Of a stretch of 64,000 nucleotides of DNA, positions 1 to 7,586 are shown in pieces (within the stretch, counting starts at the first letter, position 1; every line of letters begins with the position of its first letter). The stretch covers positions 210,264 to 274,263 of the forward strand of contig CAYNXC010000001.1 of NCBI GenBank assembly GCA_964401135.1, in the 5' to 3' direction. The notes beneath the pieces are model-generated. The model was given only the letters and a program-made list of their open reading frames with translations. It made no database searches and had not been told where the DNA came from. The stretch comes from an uncultured Candidatus Saccharibacteria bacterium (GTDB taxonomy: Bacteria; Patescibacteriota; Minisyncoccia; Phycocordibacterales; UBA9988). The position numbers and the translations under genes were made by a program.

Positions 1-405
1 GTACTCGTGTGTAATAATTTTTGCTCCTTTTGTAAATACAGACTCAGAGAATTGATAGAGATCCTCCATAAGGATAAAGAATGATGGACTGGTCATACCA
101 AACCCATCTTTTGTCTCCCCTCCGGTAAGCACCATACGAATGCTCGCATCGGCGACACGATTTTTCCTACATAACTTGGTTATCAGGTCGCGCACCATCA
201 CTTCTCCCACAGGGACATTGAGACCGATAATATCTGCCGAGCGCTTGAAACGGGCAAAATGCTCATGAAAGTAGAAGGGTTTACCATTGTAGGTACGCAA
301 AAAATCAAAGACTCCGTAGCCACGCAAGACGCCAAGGTCAGAGAGAGAAAGCCTCGCCTTGGCGAGGGGGACAATCTTCCCATCCAAGTAGCAATATGGC
401 TTCAC
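1..405 (-). CDS. Aminotransferase class IV (branched-chain/D-amino-acid aminotransferase family), 3'-truncated by window edge
   Basis: Manual translation from GTG at 405: VKPYCYLDGKIVPLAKARLSLSDLGVLRGYGVFDFLRTYNGKPFYFHEHFARFKRSA..., matching the class IV N-terminal pattern (D.G..RGYGVF..RT, H..R...SA). Absent from the ORF track because it has no stop in the window. Confidence 0.85.
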   Translation of the reverse strand, partial: MKPYCYLDGKIVPLAKARLSLSDLGVLRGYGVFDFLRTYNGKPFYFHEHFARFKRSADIIGLNVPVGEVMVRDLITKLCRKNRVADASIRMVLTGGETKDGFGMTSPSFFILMEDLYQFSESVFTKGAKIITHEY

Positions 406-408
406 AGG

Positions 409-479
409 TGCGGGTAGGGAGAATCGAACTCCCGTCTCATCCTTGGCAAGGACGTGTTCTACCACTAAACCATACCCGC
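409..479 (-). tRNA. tRNA-Gly(GCC)
   Basis: GCGGGTATGGTTTAGTGGTAGAACACGTCCTTGCCAAGGATGAGACGGGAGTTCGATTCTCCCTACCCGCA; cloverleaf, followed by CCT (no encoded CCA). Confidence 0.95.
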
Positions 480-518
480 ATCATTACAAGGCTATCCTAA
501 CAAAGTAAGGTGCCCTCT

Positions 519-950
519 TCAATCCGCCATGACAGGACGAGTCTTGATAAAGGCAGTTGCCGCAATGGCAAAAATTGTGGTAGAGAGGATGGCCGAGATC
601 ATACAGTAGAAACATAATGCCTCAATTACAAAAATTTGTAGGTATACAAACCAGAGTGTGAAGAGGAATCCGGTAAGCCCAAGCAGTGGCATGAGCCTCT
701 CCATCCACGACTTCTTCATATCAAGATAGAGAAAGGCGAGGAGAAATACTGTTGTGTAAAAGAGGAGTCCGTATACCGAGACGGGGAGTCCTGCTATTTG
801 GCTATAGGCGCTCGTAAGCACATCACTACAGCCACCGGTAATGGGACACACCACTTCTCCCCCCGTGTAGTACTTCACGGTAATGTACCCAGCATCAATT
901 AATCCGATGAAGGCGAGGACAGTCCAAGCAAGTGCGACAGTTTTGTACAT
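519..950 (-). CDS. Vitamin K epoxide reductase (VKOR) family disulfide-bond protein
   Basis: Four TM segments, loop cysteines CPITGGC and C-terminal CFYC. Start set at MYKTVAL, coupled to the upstream DsbA gene. Confidence 0.9.
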   Translation of the reverse strand: MYKTVALAWTVLAFIGLIDAGYITVKYYTGGEVVCPITGGCSDVLTSAYSQIAGLPVSVYGLLFYTTVFLLAFLYLDMKKSWMERLMPLLGLTGFLFTLWFVYLQIFVIEALCFYCMISAILSTTIFAIAATAFIKTRPVMAD

Positions 951-951
951 A

Positions 952-1608
952 TTACCTGTTCTTAGCCGAGATAAGCCCGGCTCGCAGGTCATCAAAACTC
1001 TTAACTGCAAGCTTCTCACCATTTATAAAGAAACTTGGAGTCCCGCGCACCCCAATACGCACAGCATCGTCAGCATCTCGTTTTACACGAGCGGCGACTG
1101 TATCACTCCCCATATCTGTGGCAAAGCGTACTGTCTCTAAATCAAGCTGTTCAGCCAGTTTTACAAAGTAGTCCTTTGCTTGATCCTGAGGGATGCCGGA
1201 CCATTCACTTTGTGTATCAAAGAGGAGATCGTGCATCTCCCAAAACTTTCCCTGTAAGGCGGCTGCTTCGGACGCATAGGCAGCAAGTCCTGCATTCTTA
1301 TGCTGTGCTAAAGGCAGGTGACGGTACACAAAGGTCGTAGATGAAGCAAATTCCGCGTACAACGAGCGCAAGGCGGGTTGCGCCGCTTCACACGCAGGAC
1401 ATTCGAAGTCGCTGTATTCAACAAAAATAGGCGAAGTAGAGGAGCTTGCTCCCCTTATGTGATCATCTGACTGCAATTTTGGAGCAATGGCGCCCGTTCC
1501 TCCACTTGTATCGCGAGTAATCACATATACAGCAAATGCCGCCACAAGAACAAGAGTGAGTGCCGAGAGCCATAAAAAGACACGAGATCCAATGTGTTGT
1601 GCAGACAT
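952..1608 (-). CDS. Membrane-anchored DsbA-family thioredoxin-fold oxidase
   Basis: N-terminal TM, EYSDFECPAC active site, GVRGTPSFFING cis-Pro loop. Confidence 0.9.
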   Translation of the reverse strand: MSAQHIGSRVFLWLSALTLVLVAAFAVYVITRDTSGGTGAIAPKLQSDDHIRGASSSTSPIFVEYSDFECPACEAAQPALRSLYAEFASSTTFVYRHLPLAQHKNAGLAAYASEAAALQGKFWEMHDLLFDTQSEWSGIPQDQAKDYFVKLAEQLDLETVRFATDMGSDTVAARVKRDADDAVRIGVRGTPSFFINGEKLAVKSFDDLRAGLISAKNR

Positions 1609-1671
1609 GACGAAGATTCTAACAGATTGGCAGACAAGCGCAATAGAATATGGTACTATCATCACGGCATA

Positions 1672-1744
1672 CGGGCCGTAGTGTAACGGCTAACATTCCC
1701 GCTTTGGGAGCGGGCGACTCCGGGTTCGAATCCCGGCGGCCCGA
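1672..1744 (+). tRNA. tRNA-Pro(TGG)
   Basis: CGGGCCG acceptor stem, anticodon arm CCCGC-TTTGGGA-GCGGG, GGTTCGAATCC T-arm. Confidence 0.95.
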
Positions 1745-1765
1745 TTGTTCAGTGAAGAGAAAAAG

Positions 1766-1836
1766 CGGGCTGTAGTATACCGGTAGTACGCGCCCATGGG
1801 GTGGGTGCAGACCGGGTTCAATTCCCGGCAGCCCGA
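1766..1836 (+). tRNA. tRNA-Pro(GGG)
   Basis: CGGGCTG acceptor stem, anticodon arm CGCCC-ATGGGGT-GGGTG, GGTTCAATTCC T-arm. Confidence 0.93.
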
Positions 1837-1854
1837 TAATCATTAGTCAATCAT

Positions 1855-3387
1855 ATGAGCTGGAGTGTATCTTCTTTTCTTGCAGTCATCATGCGGCGTC
1901 CATGGCGCTACAGTCTTATCGGCGTGGTACTGCTCGGGGTAATTGTCTGGTTTGTAGTCATCCGAGGTAGTGGGGATGGAGATTTTGAATCAGTAGTGGT
2001 TACACGAAGAACATTAATTGAATCGGTAATGGTGTCGGGAAAAGTCCAACCAGCACAGGAAGCAAGTCTCGCCTTTGAAACAAGCGGGGCTGTCTCGCGC
2101 ATCCCCGCCACCGTGGGGACAATGGTAATGCAGGGAGATACGATTATTGCTCTCAGTAATGGGGAAGTATCTGCCCAATATGATGCAGAGCTTATTAAAT
2201 TGAGCGAATTAAAAAATGGAACCCGCCCAGAGGAGATTGCCGTCTCTCTGCGAGAACTTGAGAGTGCCCGAGTAGCAGTAGCAGAAAAGGGGCTGGAGTT
2301 AAGTGTAGCACTCAACGATGCGTATGTTCGTGCAAGTAATGCGATAAATACTGTAGACCGAATTATAGATAATCCTAATTCACAGAATGCTACGCCCTCT
2401 TTTCCTATACCAGATGCAGATTTAAAGATTTCGATCGCTTTTGCTCGTAAAACGATCTCCACTGCTCTACCTGTATGGCGCACACTCACCTTACAAGCAA
2501 GTACGACTGATAGCCTGGCCTCAGCGATGACCGTCTCATTAAATACCATAAACATCATTCGTAATTACCTAACACTCCTCTCAGGAGCACTTACAGACCT
2601 TCCCAACGACATGGCAATCAGGAGTCTGAGTGTCGCTACCGTCCGTTCTGATATGACAAGTGCACGAACATCTCTAGAAACAGCTGCTTCATCACTAACT
2701 TCGGCACATACCGCGTGGCAGAACGCTCGTACTGCACTTGAGGTATCGGAACGCCAACTGACCCTCAAGCAATCAGGATCGCGGTCTGAAGTAATAGACG
2801 CACAAGAGGCCGTGGTAAGGCAGTATGAAGCAAAGCTTGCGAAAACAGTGCTCCGTGCCCCTTTTAACGGTATTGTGACCACTATTGCTGTTGAGCTTGG
2901 CGAATTGGCCCCCGCAAATCAAAAAGTGGCAGGACTCATGTCGGCAAACGTTTTTGAGGTAAAGGCGCAGGTGCCAGAAGTAGAGATTGCAAAAATTGCT
3001 GTGGGTAACACCGCAACAATTACATTAGATGCCTACGGCACTGGGGTATCCTTCCCAGCAACAGTGAGCGAAATAGAGCCAGCAGAGACGGTTGTGGGAG
3101 GTATACCTACTTACACCACGATACTCTCCTTCACGCAAGAAGATCCTCGCATTAGGAGTGGTATGACAGCAAACATCACCATTACCGGCAAAAGACGGCC
3201 AAACATACTAGCCATACCCGCATCTGCTCTTTCATTACATAACGGCAATCGCATTGTTAAAATTCCCGCACGCAATAAAGACGGCTTTACGGAGCGGACG
3301 GTGACAACAGGTGTTTTTGACTCCGATGGAAGTGTAGAGATTCTCTCTGGTCTCTCCGAGAATGAGACGGTACTGGTCCCACACTAA
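1855..3387 (+). CDS. Periplasmic adaptor/membrane-fusion protein (HlyD/MacA-like) with long helical insert
   Basis: N-terminal TM, lipoyl/barrel motifs (LRAPFNGIVT, IRSGMTANITI, VEILSGL), long coiled-coil hairpin. Confidence 0.85.
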   Translation: MSWSVSSFLAVIMRRPWRYSLIGVVLLGVIVWFVVIRGSGDGDFESVVVTRRTLIESVMVSGKVQPAQEASLAFETSGAVSRIPATVGTMVMQGDTIIALSNGEVSAQYDAELIKLSELKNGTRPEEIAVSLRELESARVAVAEKGLELSVALNDAYVRASNAINTVDRIIDNPNSQNATPSFPIPDADLKISIAFARKTISTALPVWRTLTLQASTTDSLASAMTVSLNTINIIRNYLTLLSGALTDLPNDMAIRSLSVATVRSDMTSARTSLETAASSLTSAHTAWQNARTALEVSERQLTLKQSGSRSEVIDAQEAVVRQYEAKLAKTVLRAPFNGIVTTIAVELGELAPANQKVAGLMSANVFEVKAQVPEVEIAKIAVGNTATITLDAYGTGVSFPATVSEIEPAETVVGGIPTYTTILSFTQEDPRIRSGMTANITITGKRRPNILAIPASALSLHNGNRIVKIPARNKDGFTERTVTTGVFDSDGSVEILSGLSENETVLVPH

Positions 3388-3395
3388 CTCTCCTT

Positions 3396-4649
3396 ATGCC
3401 TTCACACGCGCTCCGAGTTGGATTCTTTCTCGCCATCAGACAATTGCGCCGAGCGCATGTCTGGACCAATGTGCTCATAATTGCAGTAATGACACTCACC
3501 TTCTTAAACCTCGTCGTGGTAAGCGGAATTTTGGTTGGCTTGATTGAAGGAGCTGTTGAGACAATTCAGTCTCACTATACCAGTGATGTGATTGTGAGTA
3601 ATCGCTTAGAGCGTAACTACATAGAACGGACCCCATTCATTCTCTCGGTGATTGAGTCGCTCCCTGATGTCGTCTCCGCTACTCCACGCTATGTGGAAGG
3701 AGGAAATGTTGAAGCAGATTACTCAATCACCAAAAAAGATTCAGAGATTGGTAACGAAGCGGGGACCTCCATTGTGGGCATTGATCCCGAGAGAGAGCAG
3801 GCCGTCTCACGGTTAGGAGACCTTATTATCGAAGGATCCTATCTCTCTTCTCATGACTATGACCAAGTGCTTGTAGGTGCCCTTCTTCTTAAAAAGTATT
3901 TAAACATCGATTCGCAGTCCTTCCAGGCGCTTGCAAATGTAGAAGTGGGAACTAAAATACGCGTCACTGTCAATGGCAACACGCGAGATGTTACCGTAAA
4001 AGGGATTATTAGGAGTAAGGCGGATGAGATTGACCGGCGCGTTTTCTTTGTAGATAAGCAGTTGCGCCCTATGATTGGGCGCACAGATTATAACGCTGAT
4101 GAAATCGCCATCAAACTCCGCCCCGGGGCGGATCCTGCTGTAGTGCGTGATGCCATACTTGCGCAAGGTGTGGATGACTACGCCCGCGTACAGACGGCCG
4201 ACGATGCTGAACCAAAATTTGTGAAGGATATGAAGCAGACCTTTGCAATTTTAGGGAATATTATCAGCTCCGTTGGTCTCGTTGTTGCCTCCATCACCAT
4301 TTTCATCGTCATTTTTATTAACGCAATCACACGCAAAAAGTACATTGGTATTTTAAAAGGCATCGGTATTAGCGGTAGGACCATTGAGTACTCATACATA
4401 TTCCAAGCAGCATTCTACGCGATAGCGGGAACAGGACTCGGCATCCTTATAGTGTATGGAGTGTTAGAACCCTATCTGCGTGCGCATCCAATCAACTTCC
4501 CTTTCTCTGACGGCATTCTCGTAGTTACCGTACTCGGGACCACAGTACGCGCGGTTGTACTATTTGTTTCCACCTTCATCTCTGGATACATTCCTGCGCG
4601 CATTGTTATTTCAGGCAACACCTTAGATGCTATTTTAGGGAGAAAGTGA
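3396..4649 (+). CDS. ABC transporter permease, MacB/FtsX/LolE family
   Basis: One N-terminal TM, large extracytoplasmic domain, three C-terminal TMs, RKKYIGILKGIG coupling motif. Confidence 0.9.
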   Translation: MPSHALRVGFFLAIRQLRRAHVWTNVLIIAVMTLTFLNLVVVSGILVGLIEGAVETIQSHYTSDVIVSNRLERNYIERTPFILSVIESLPDVVSATPRYVEGGNVEADYSITKKDSEIGNEAGTSIVGIDPEREQAVSRLGDLIIEGSYLSSHDYDQVLVGALLLKKYLNIDSQSFQALANVEVGTKIRVTVNGNTRDVTVKGIIRSKADEIDRRVFFVDKQLRPMIGRTDYNADEIAIKLRPGADPAVVRDAILAQGVDDYARVQTADDAEPKFVKDMKQTFAILGNIISSVGLVVASITIFIVIFINAITRKKYIGILKGIGISGRTIEYSYIFQAAFYAIAGTGLGILIVYGVLEPYLRAHPINFPFSDGILVVTVLGTTVRAVVLFVSTFISGYIPARIVISGNTLDAILGRK

Positions 4650-5323
4650 TGATTAGTGCAAGAAACATTATTAAGAGCTTCCACGATGGGGAACGCGAAC
4701 AGATGGTGCTCCGCGGTATCTCTCTTGAGGTGGACGACGGGGAATTTGTGGCAGTGATAGGGCGCTCTGGCGCAGGGAAGTCCACTCTCCTCTACCAGCT
4801 CTCGCTCTTAGATCACCCCACATCAGGATCAATCTCATTAGATGGGATAGAGACCAGCACCTTAAACCATGAAGAACGGGCGCGCTTCCGCTTAGAGCGG
4901 CTCGGGTATGTCTTCCAAGATTATGCGATTATGCCTGACCTCACAGCGGCAGAAAATGTAGCAATTACAGTAATGATGCGCGGAGAGACAAAGAATGATG
5001 CGCTTGCAGAGGCAGCACGAGTACTAGAGCGTGTTGGGTTGGAGAGCCGTCTTCACTACCTCCCCTCACAACTCTCTGGAGGGGAACAGCAACGCGTCTC
5101 TATTGCACGCGCGCTCGTGAACAACCCACGCATTCTCTTTGCTGATGAGCCAACAGCTAACCTTGATAGCGAGACGGGGTCGCGCGTTATTTCGCTTCTC
5201 ACAGAACTCAACAAAGCGGGACAGACTATTGTGATGGTCACTCACGAGGAAGAGTACAAAAACTTCGCCAAACGCGTCATCACTCTCTCTGATGGGCTCA
5301 TTGTAAGTGATAAAAAAATATAA
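4646..5323 (+). CDS. ABC transporter ATP-binding protein (LolD/MacB type)
   Basis: Walker A GRSGAGKS, LSGGEQQR signature, Walker B ILFADEPT, H-loop VTH. Confidence 0.95.
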   Translation: MMISARNIIKSFHDGEREQMVLRGISLEVDDGEFVAVIGRSGAGKSTLLYQLSLLDHPTSGSISLDGIETSTLNHEERARFRLERLGYVFQDYAIMPDLTAAENVAITVMMRGETKNDALAEAARVLERVGLESRLHYLPSQLSGGEQQRVSIARALVNNPRILFADEPTANLDSETGSRVISLLTELNKAGQTIVMVTHEEEYKNFAKRVITLSDGLIVSDKKI

Positions 5324-5337
5324 TCATGTTTTAGCTC

Positions 5338-5430
5338 TCAGCCACACAAGAGAAACTCTTCATCATCCAAGTACGAAACGCAGTCATCATGATTGGTAGA
5401 GTGCCTGCTTCGCCGAGTCAAGGCGGGCAT
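5338..5430 (-). CDS. Putative 30-aa microprotein MPALTRRSRHSTNHDDCVSYLDDEEFLLCG
   Basis: ATG preceded by GGGGAGG Shine-Dalgarno-like sequence; fills the intergenic gap; no recognised homology. Confidence 0.3.
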   Translation of the reverse strand: MPALTRRSRHSTNHDDCVSYLDDEEFLLCG

Positions 5431-5448
5431 AAGGATCCTCCCCTCTCT

Positions 5449-5485
5449 AAAAGAGAAACCCGCCCTTCATACCCATAGGGCGGGT
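5449..5485 (-). terminator. Intrinsic terminator after 5492-5734 ORF
   Basis: ACCCGCCC/GGGCGGGT stem followed on the minus strand by TTCTCTTTT. Confidence 0.65.
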
Positions 5486-5491
5486 CATATC

Positions 5492-5734
5492 TTACATCGT
5501 CGGGCCGAGGACATTGCGTTCACGCAATCCTCGCTCTTCCATCTTTTCACCGGGAACAATGGGGAGGTAATGAGGGAGGGTCTGTAGTCCTTCAACTTCA
5601 ACCGTTGGCTCGATATCTTCTCGTTCGTAGGATGAGAGTAACCCTGAGCTAATAATGATCAAAGTCTGATAGATTTTGGCAAGTAACCCTACAACGGCAA
5701 CACATACAGCGACCAAGATACTGAAGGTTAACAT
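5492..5734 (-). CDS. Small hypothetical membrane-anchored protein
   Basis: Hydrophobic N-terminus, AAGGGG upstream of ATG, terminator downstream. Confidence 0.55.
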   Translation of the reverse strand: MLTFSILVAVCVAVVGLLAKIYQTLIIISSGLLSSYEREDIEPTVEVEGLQTLPHYLPIVPGEKMEERGLRERNVLGPTM

Positions 5735-5797
5735 CTTGTACCCCCTTGATGAGCGTTCTTCCTGTATTGTGCAGGATACAAAAGCTAAGTCAATCCA

Positions 5798-5869
5798 TCG
5801 GAATGCCGGGATTCGAACCCGGAGTCACGCGAACCCGAATCGCGTATGTTACCGTTACACCACATTCCG
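5798..5869 (-). tRNA. tRNA-Pro(CGG)
   Basis: CGGAATGTGGTGTAACGGTAACATACGCGATTCGGGTTCGCGTGACTCCGGGTTCGAATCCCGGCATTCCGA. Confidence 0.95.
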
Positions 5870-5901
5870 CTTACCCGCCTGTATTGAGGCGGATATACGC
5901 A

Positions 5902-6441
5902 CTATTCTGCTACAAACGATATTTGGATGATAGCGCCAGTGCTATCAGCAATTGGTTTATCCTTTTTGAGATCAAAGACCTTGTCTCCGTCATCAGTGTG
6001 AAGCATTGCGTAATAAGTCTTCCCCTTCTCAGTCTTACGCATCAGCTCAACAGAGACGGCGTTGTGCTCCCCTACAAAGACGAGTGCTGCGCCAAGTACA
6101 TTACCCGGTTTACCACCTACTTCTTCATGTATAACAACCCACCCCATCTGATTAAGCTCTACTGATGAGATCGTCACAAGGTTTCCTGCACGCTGGTTCT
6201 CAATATCTATGGTGTTCTTGCCCGAGAGCACTACTCCTGATGTTGTTCGTGTATCCTGATCTACATCAACGGTTGTCCCCGCCACATCTTGTTCCCCCTT
6301 ATCTACCGTTGAGGTTGCAGTATCATTATTTCCACTTACATCTACCGAGGAGAGGATGAATCCCCTATCAACAGCAAGTGCTCCGACAATAAAACCCACC
6401 ACAAGCCCTATAATGAGGAACTGTACTGATTTTTTATCCAT
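5902..6441 (-). CDS. Membrane-anchored extracellular beta-sandwich hypothetical protein
   Basis: TM anchor, Thr/Ser linker, C-terminal motifs GWVVIH...PGNVLG...YYAMLHTDDGD..FD. Start at MDKKS. Confidence 0.8.
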   Translation of the reverse strand: MDKKSVQFLIIGLVVGFIVGALAVDRGFILSSVDVSGNNDTATSTVDKGEQDVAGTTVDVDQDTRTTSGVVLSGKNTIDIENQRAGNLVTISSVELNQMGWVVIHEEVGGKPGNVLGAALVFVGEHNAVSVELMRKTEKGKTYYAMLHTDDGDKVFDLKKDKPIADSTGAIIQISFVAE

Positions 6442-6493
6442 ACGGTTACGGTTAATCCTTAGTAATTTCACTTCATCATACTGGGGCGAGATT

Positions 6494-6535
6494 AAAAAGC
6501 AATGGCCCATACAGTTTAGAAAGCGGTATGGGCCA
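6494..6535 (-). terminator. Hairpin/terminator after 6544-6786 ORF
   Basis: TGGCCCATAC/GTATGGGCCA inverted repeat followed on the minus strand by a T-rich run. Confidence 0.55.
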
Positions 6536-6543
6536 AAATATCC

Positions 6544-6786
6544 CTATTCATCCCACGAAAAACCGTCGGCGAGAGGTTGAGTAAGGAGAGGTAGTGTTCC
6601 ACCGCAACAACTACATTGTGCAACAATGGGTAATGCACCAATCTCATTCAGTTCCCCGGCGTCAATCAGTGTCATTCCCCGTTCTATTTCCACAAGTACA
6701 CTCCCTTGATTGCGTCTCTGACATAAAATAGACGCGCATCTAAAGCGTACCGCACCACCATCACTTACTCCGAGTGAGTCTATCAT
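6544..6786 (-). CDS. Small Cys-containing hypothetical protein (possible Zn ribbon)
   Basis: Strong SD (AAGGAAAGGAGAAGG) before ATG; C-x4-C and CSCCG motifs; terminator downstream. Confidence 0.6.
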   Translation of the reverse strand: MIDSLGVSDGGAVRFRCASILCQRRNQGSVLVEIERGMTLIDAGELNEIGALPIVAQCSCCGGTLPLLTQPLADGFSWDE

Positions 6787-6846
6787 TAACCTTCTCCTTT
6801 CCTTTTATTAAAGAACTAAACAAACCCTCCGTAGAAGACTCTACTC

Positions 6847-7230
6847 TTACAGCATAATATCTTCTAGGCATTCTATTGTAATCACTTCCCCTTGGCTGTC
6901 CAGTGTCACAGAGTAAGCATCAATCTGCCACACAACCTCCTCCCCTACCCTCTTGTCCAATAGGTAGGTCTGGATAATACGGGAGAGACGCTTGCGCTTC
7001 CACCTATGTATATTTTCAAAGGCTTCATAGTCTCTGGGGCTCCCTGTTACATGTGTAACAGTCTTAACCTCTATAAAATGAATACAGTCCTTATATTTAC
7101 TTACGATGTCTAGCTCTCCCCACGGTCTGAGATAATTTCGATCTAAAATGATGTGCCCAGCGTCAATCAATCTGTCAGATATGACATTTTCACCAACATC
7201 TCCTATCTTTCTTTTTTCTGTATCAGACAT
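6847..7230 (-). CDS. YraN family (UPF0102) endonuclease-fold protein
   Basis: G..GE, ILDRNY..PWGELDIV, HFIEVKT motifs. Confidence 0.92.
   Translation of the reverse strand: MSDTEKRKIGDVGENVISDRLIDAGHIILDRNYLRPWGELDIVSKYKDCIHFIEVKTVTHVTGSPRDYEAFENIHRWKRKRLSRIIQTYLLDKRVGEEVVWQIDAYSVTLDSQGEVITIECLEDIML
7045..7060. promoter_or_regulatory. parS-like site TGTTACATGTGTAACA (within yraN)
   Basis: 16-bp palindrome close to the parS consensus TGTTTCACGTGAAACA. Confidence 0.6.
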
Positions 7231-7245
7231 GTTTCTTATGAAACA
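7230..7245. promoter_or_regulatory. parS-like site TGTTTCTTATGAAACA
   Basis: Perfect TGTTTC/GAAACA arms with a 4-bp centre. Confidence 0.6.
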
Positions 7246-7327
7246 CTTATGATTTCCTATACAAGATGACCTTTGTCCATGAGAATATCCTTATTTTTAG
7301 CCAATTTGATTTTATCCTATCTGTCTT

Positions 7328-7357
7328 TTATACACAGTATACACAGATTTATCCACA
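7328..7357 (+). promoter_or_regulatory. Tandem DnaA-box cluster (TTATACACA, GTATACACA, TTATCCACA)
   Basis: Two consensus TTATNCACA boxes and one 8/9 match, head-to-tail within 30 bp. Confidence 0.65.
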
Positions 7358-7374
7358 AAGAGACTGTCTTTTTG

Positions 7375-7445
7375 TGCGGGCAGGGAGAATCGAACTCCCA
7401 TATCCTGCTTGGAAGGCAGGTGTTCTACCATTAAACCATGCCCGC
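7375..7445 (-). tRNA. tRNA-Gly(TCC)
   Basis: GCGGGCATGGTTTAATGGTAGAACACCTGCCTTCCAAGCAGGATATGGGAGTTCGATTCTCCCTGCCCGCA. Confidence 0.95.
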
Positions 7446-7460
7446 TTTCTCTTTTCCTTG

Positions 7461-7532
7461 TGTCCCCGGCAGGACTCGAACCCGCAACGCATGGTCCGAA
7501 GCCATGAATGATATCCATTTCACCACAGGGAC
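7461..7532 (-). tRNA. tRNA-Arg(TCG)
   Basis: GTCCCTGTGGTGAAATGGATATCATTCATGGCTTCGGACCATGCGTTGCGGGTTCGAGTCCTGCCGGGGACA; anticodon loop CT-TCG-GA. Confidence 0.93.
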
Positions 7533-7586
7533 AGTGGTAATACCTAGCATATCATAGCTAAGCAAGGAAAAATACAGTACCATGAC

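Noticed and set aside
409-7445. Similar sequences at 409-479 and 7375-7445 as attL/attR
   Set aside because: Both are complete tRNA-Gly isoacceptors with different anticodons, so the similarity is paralogy.
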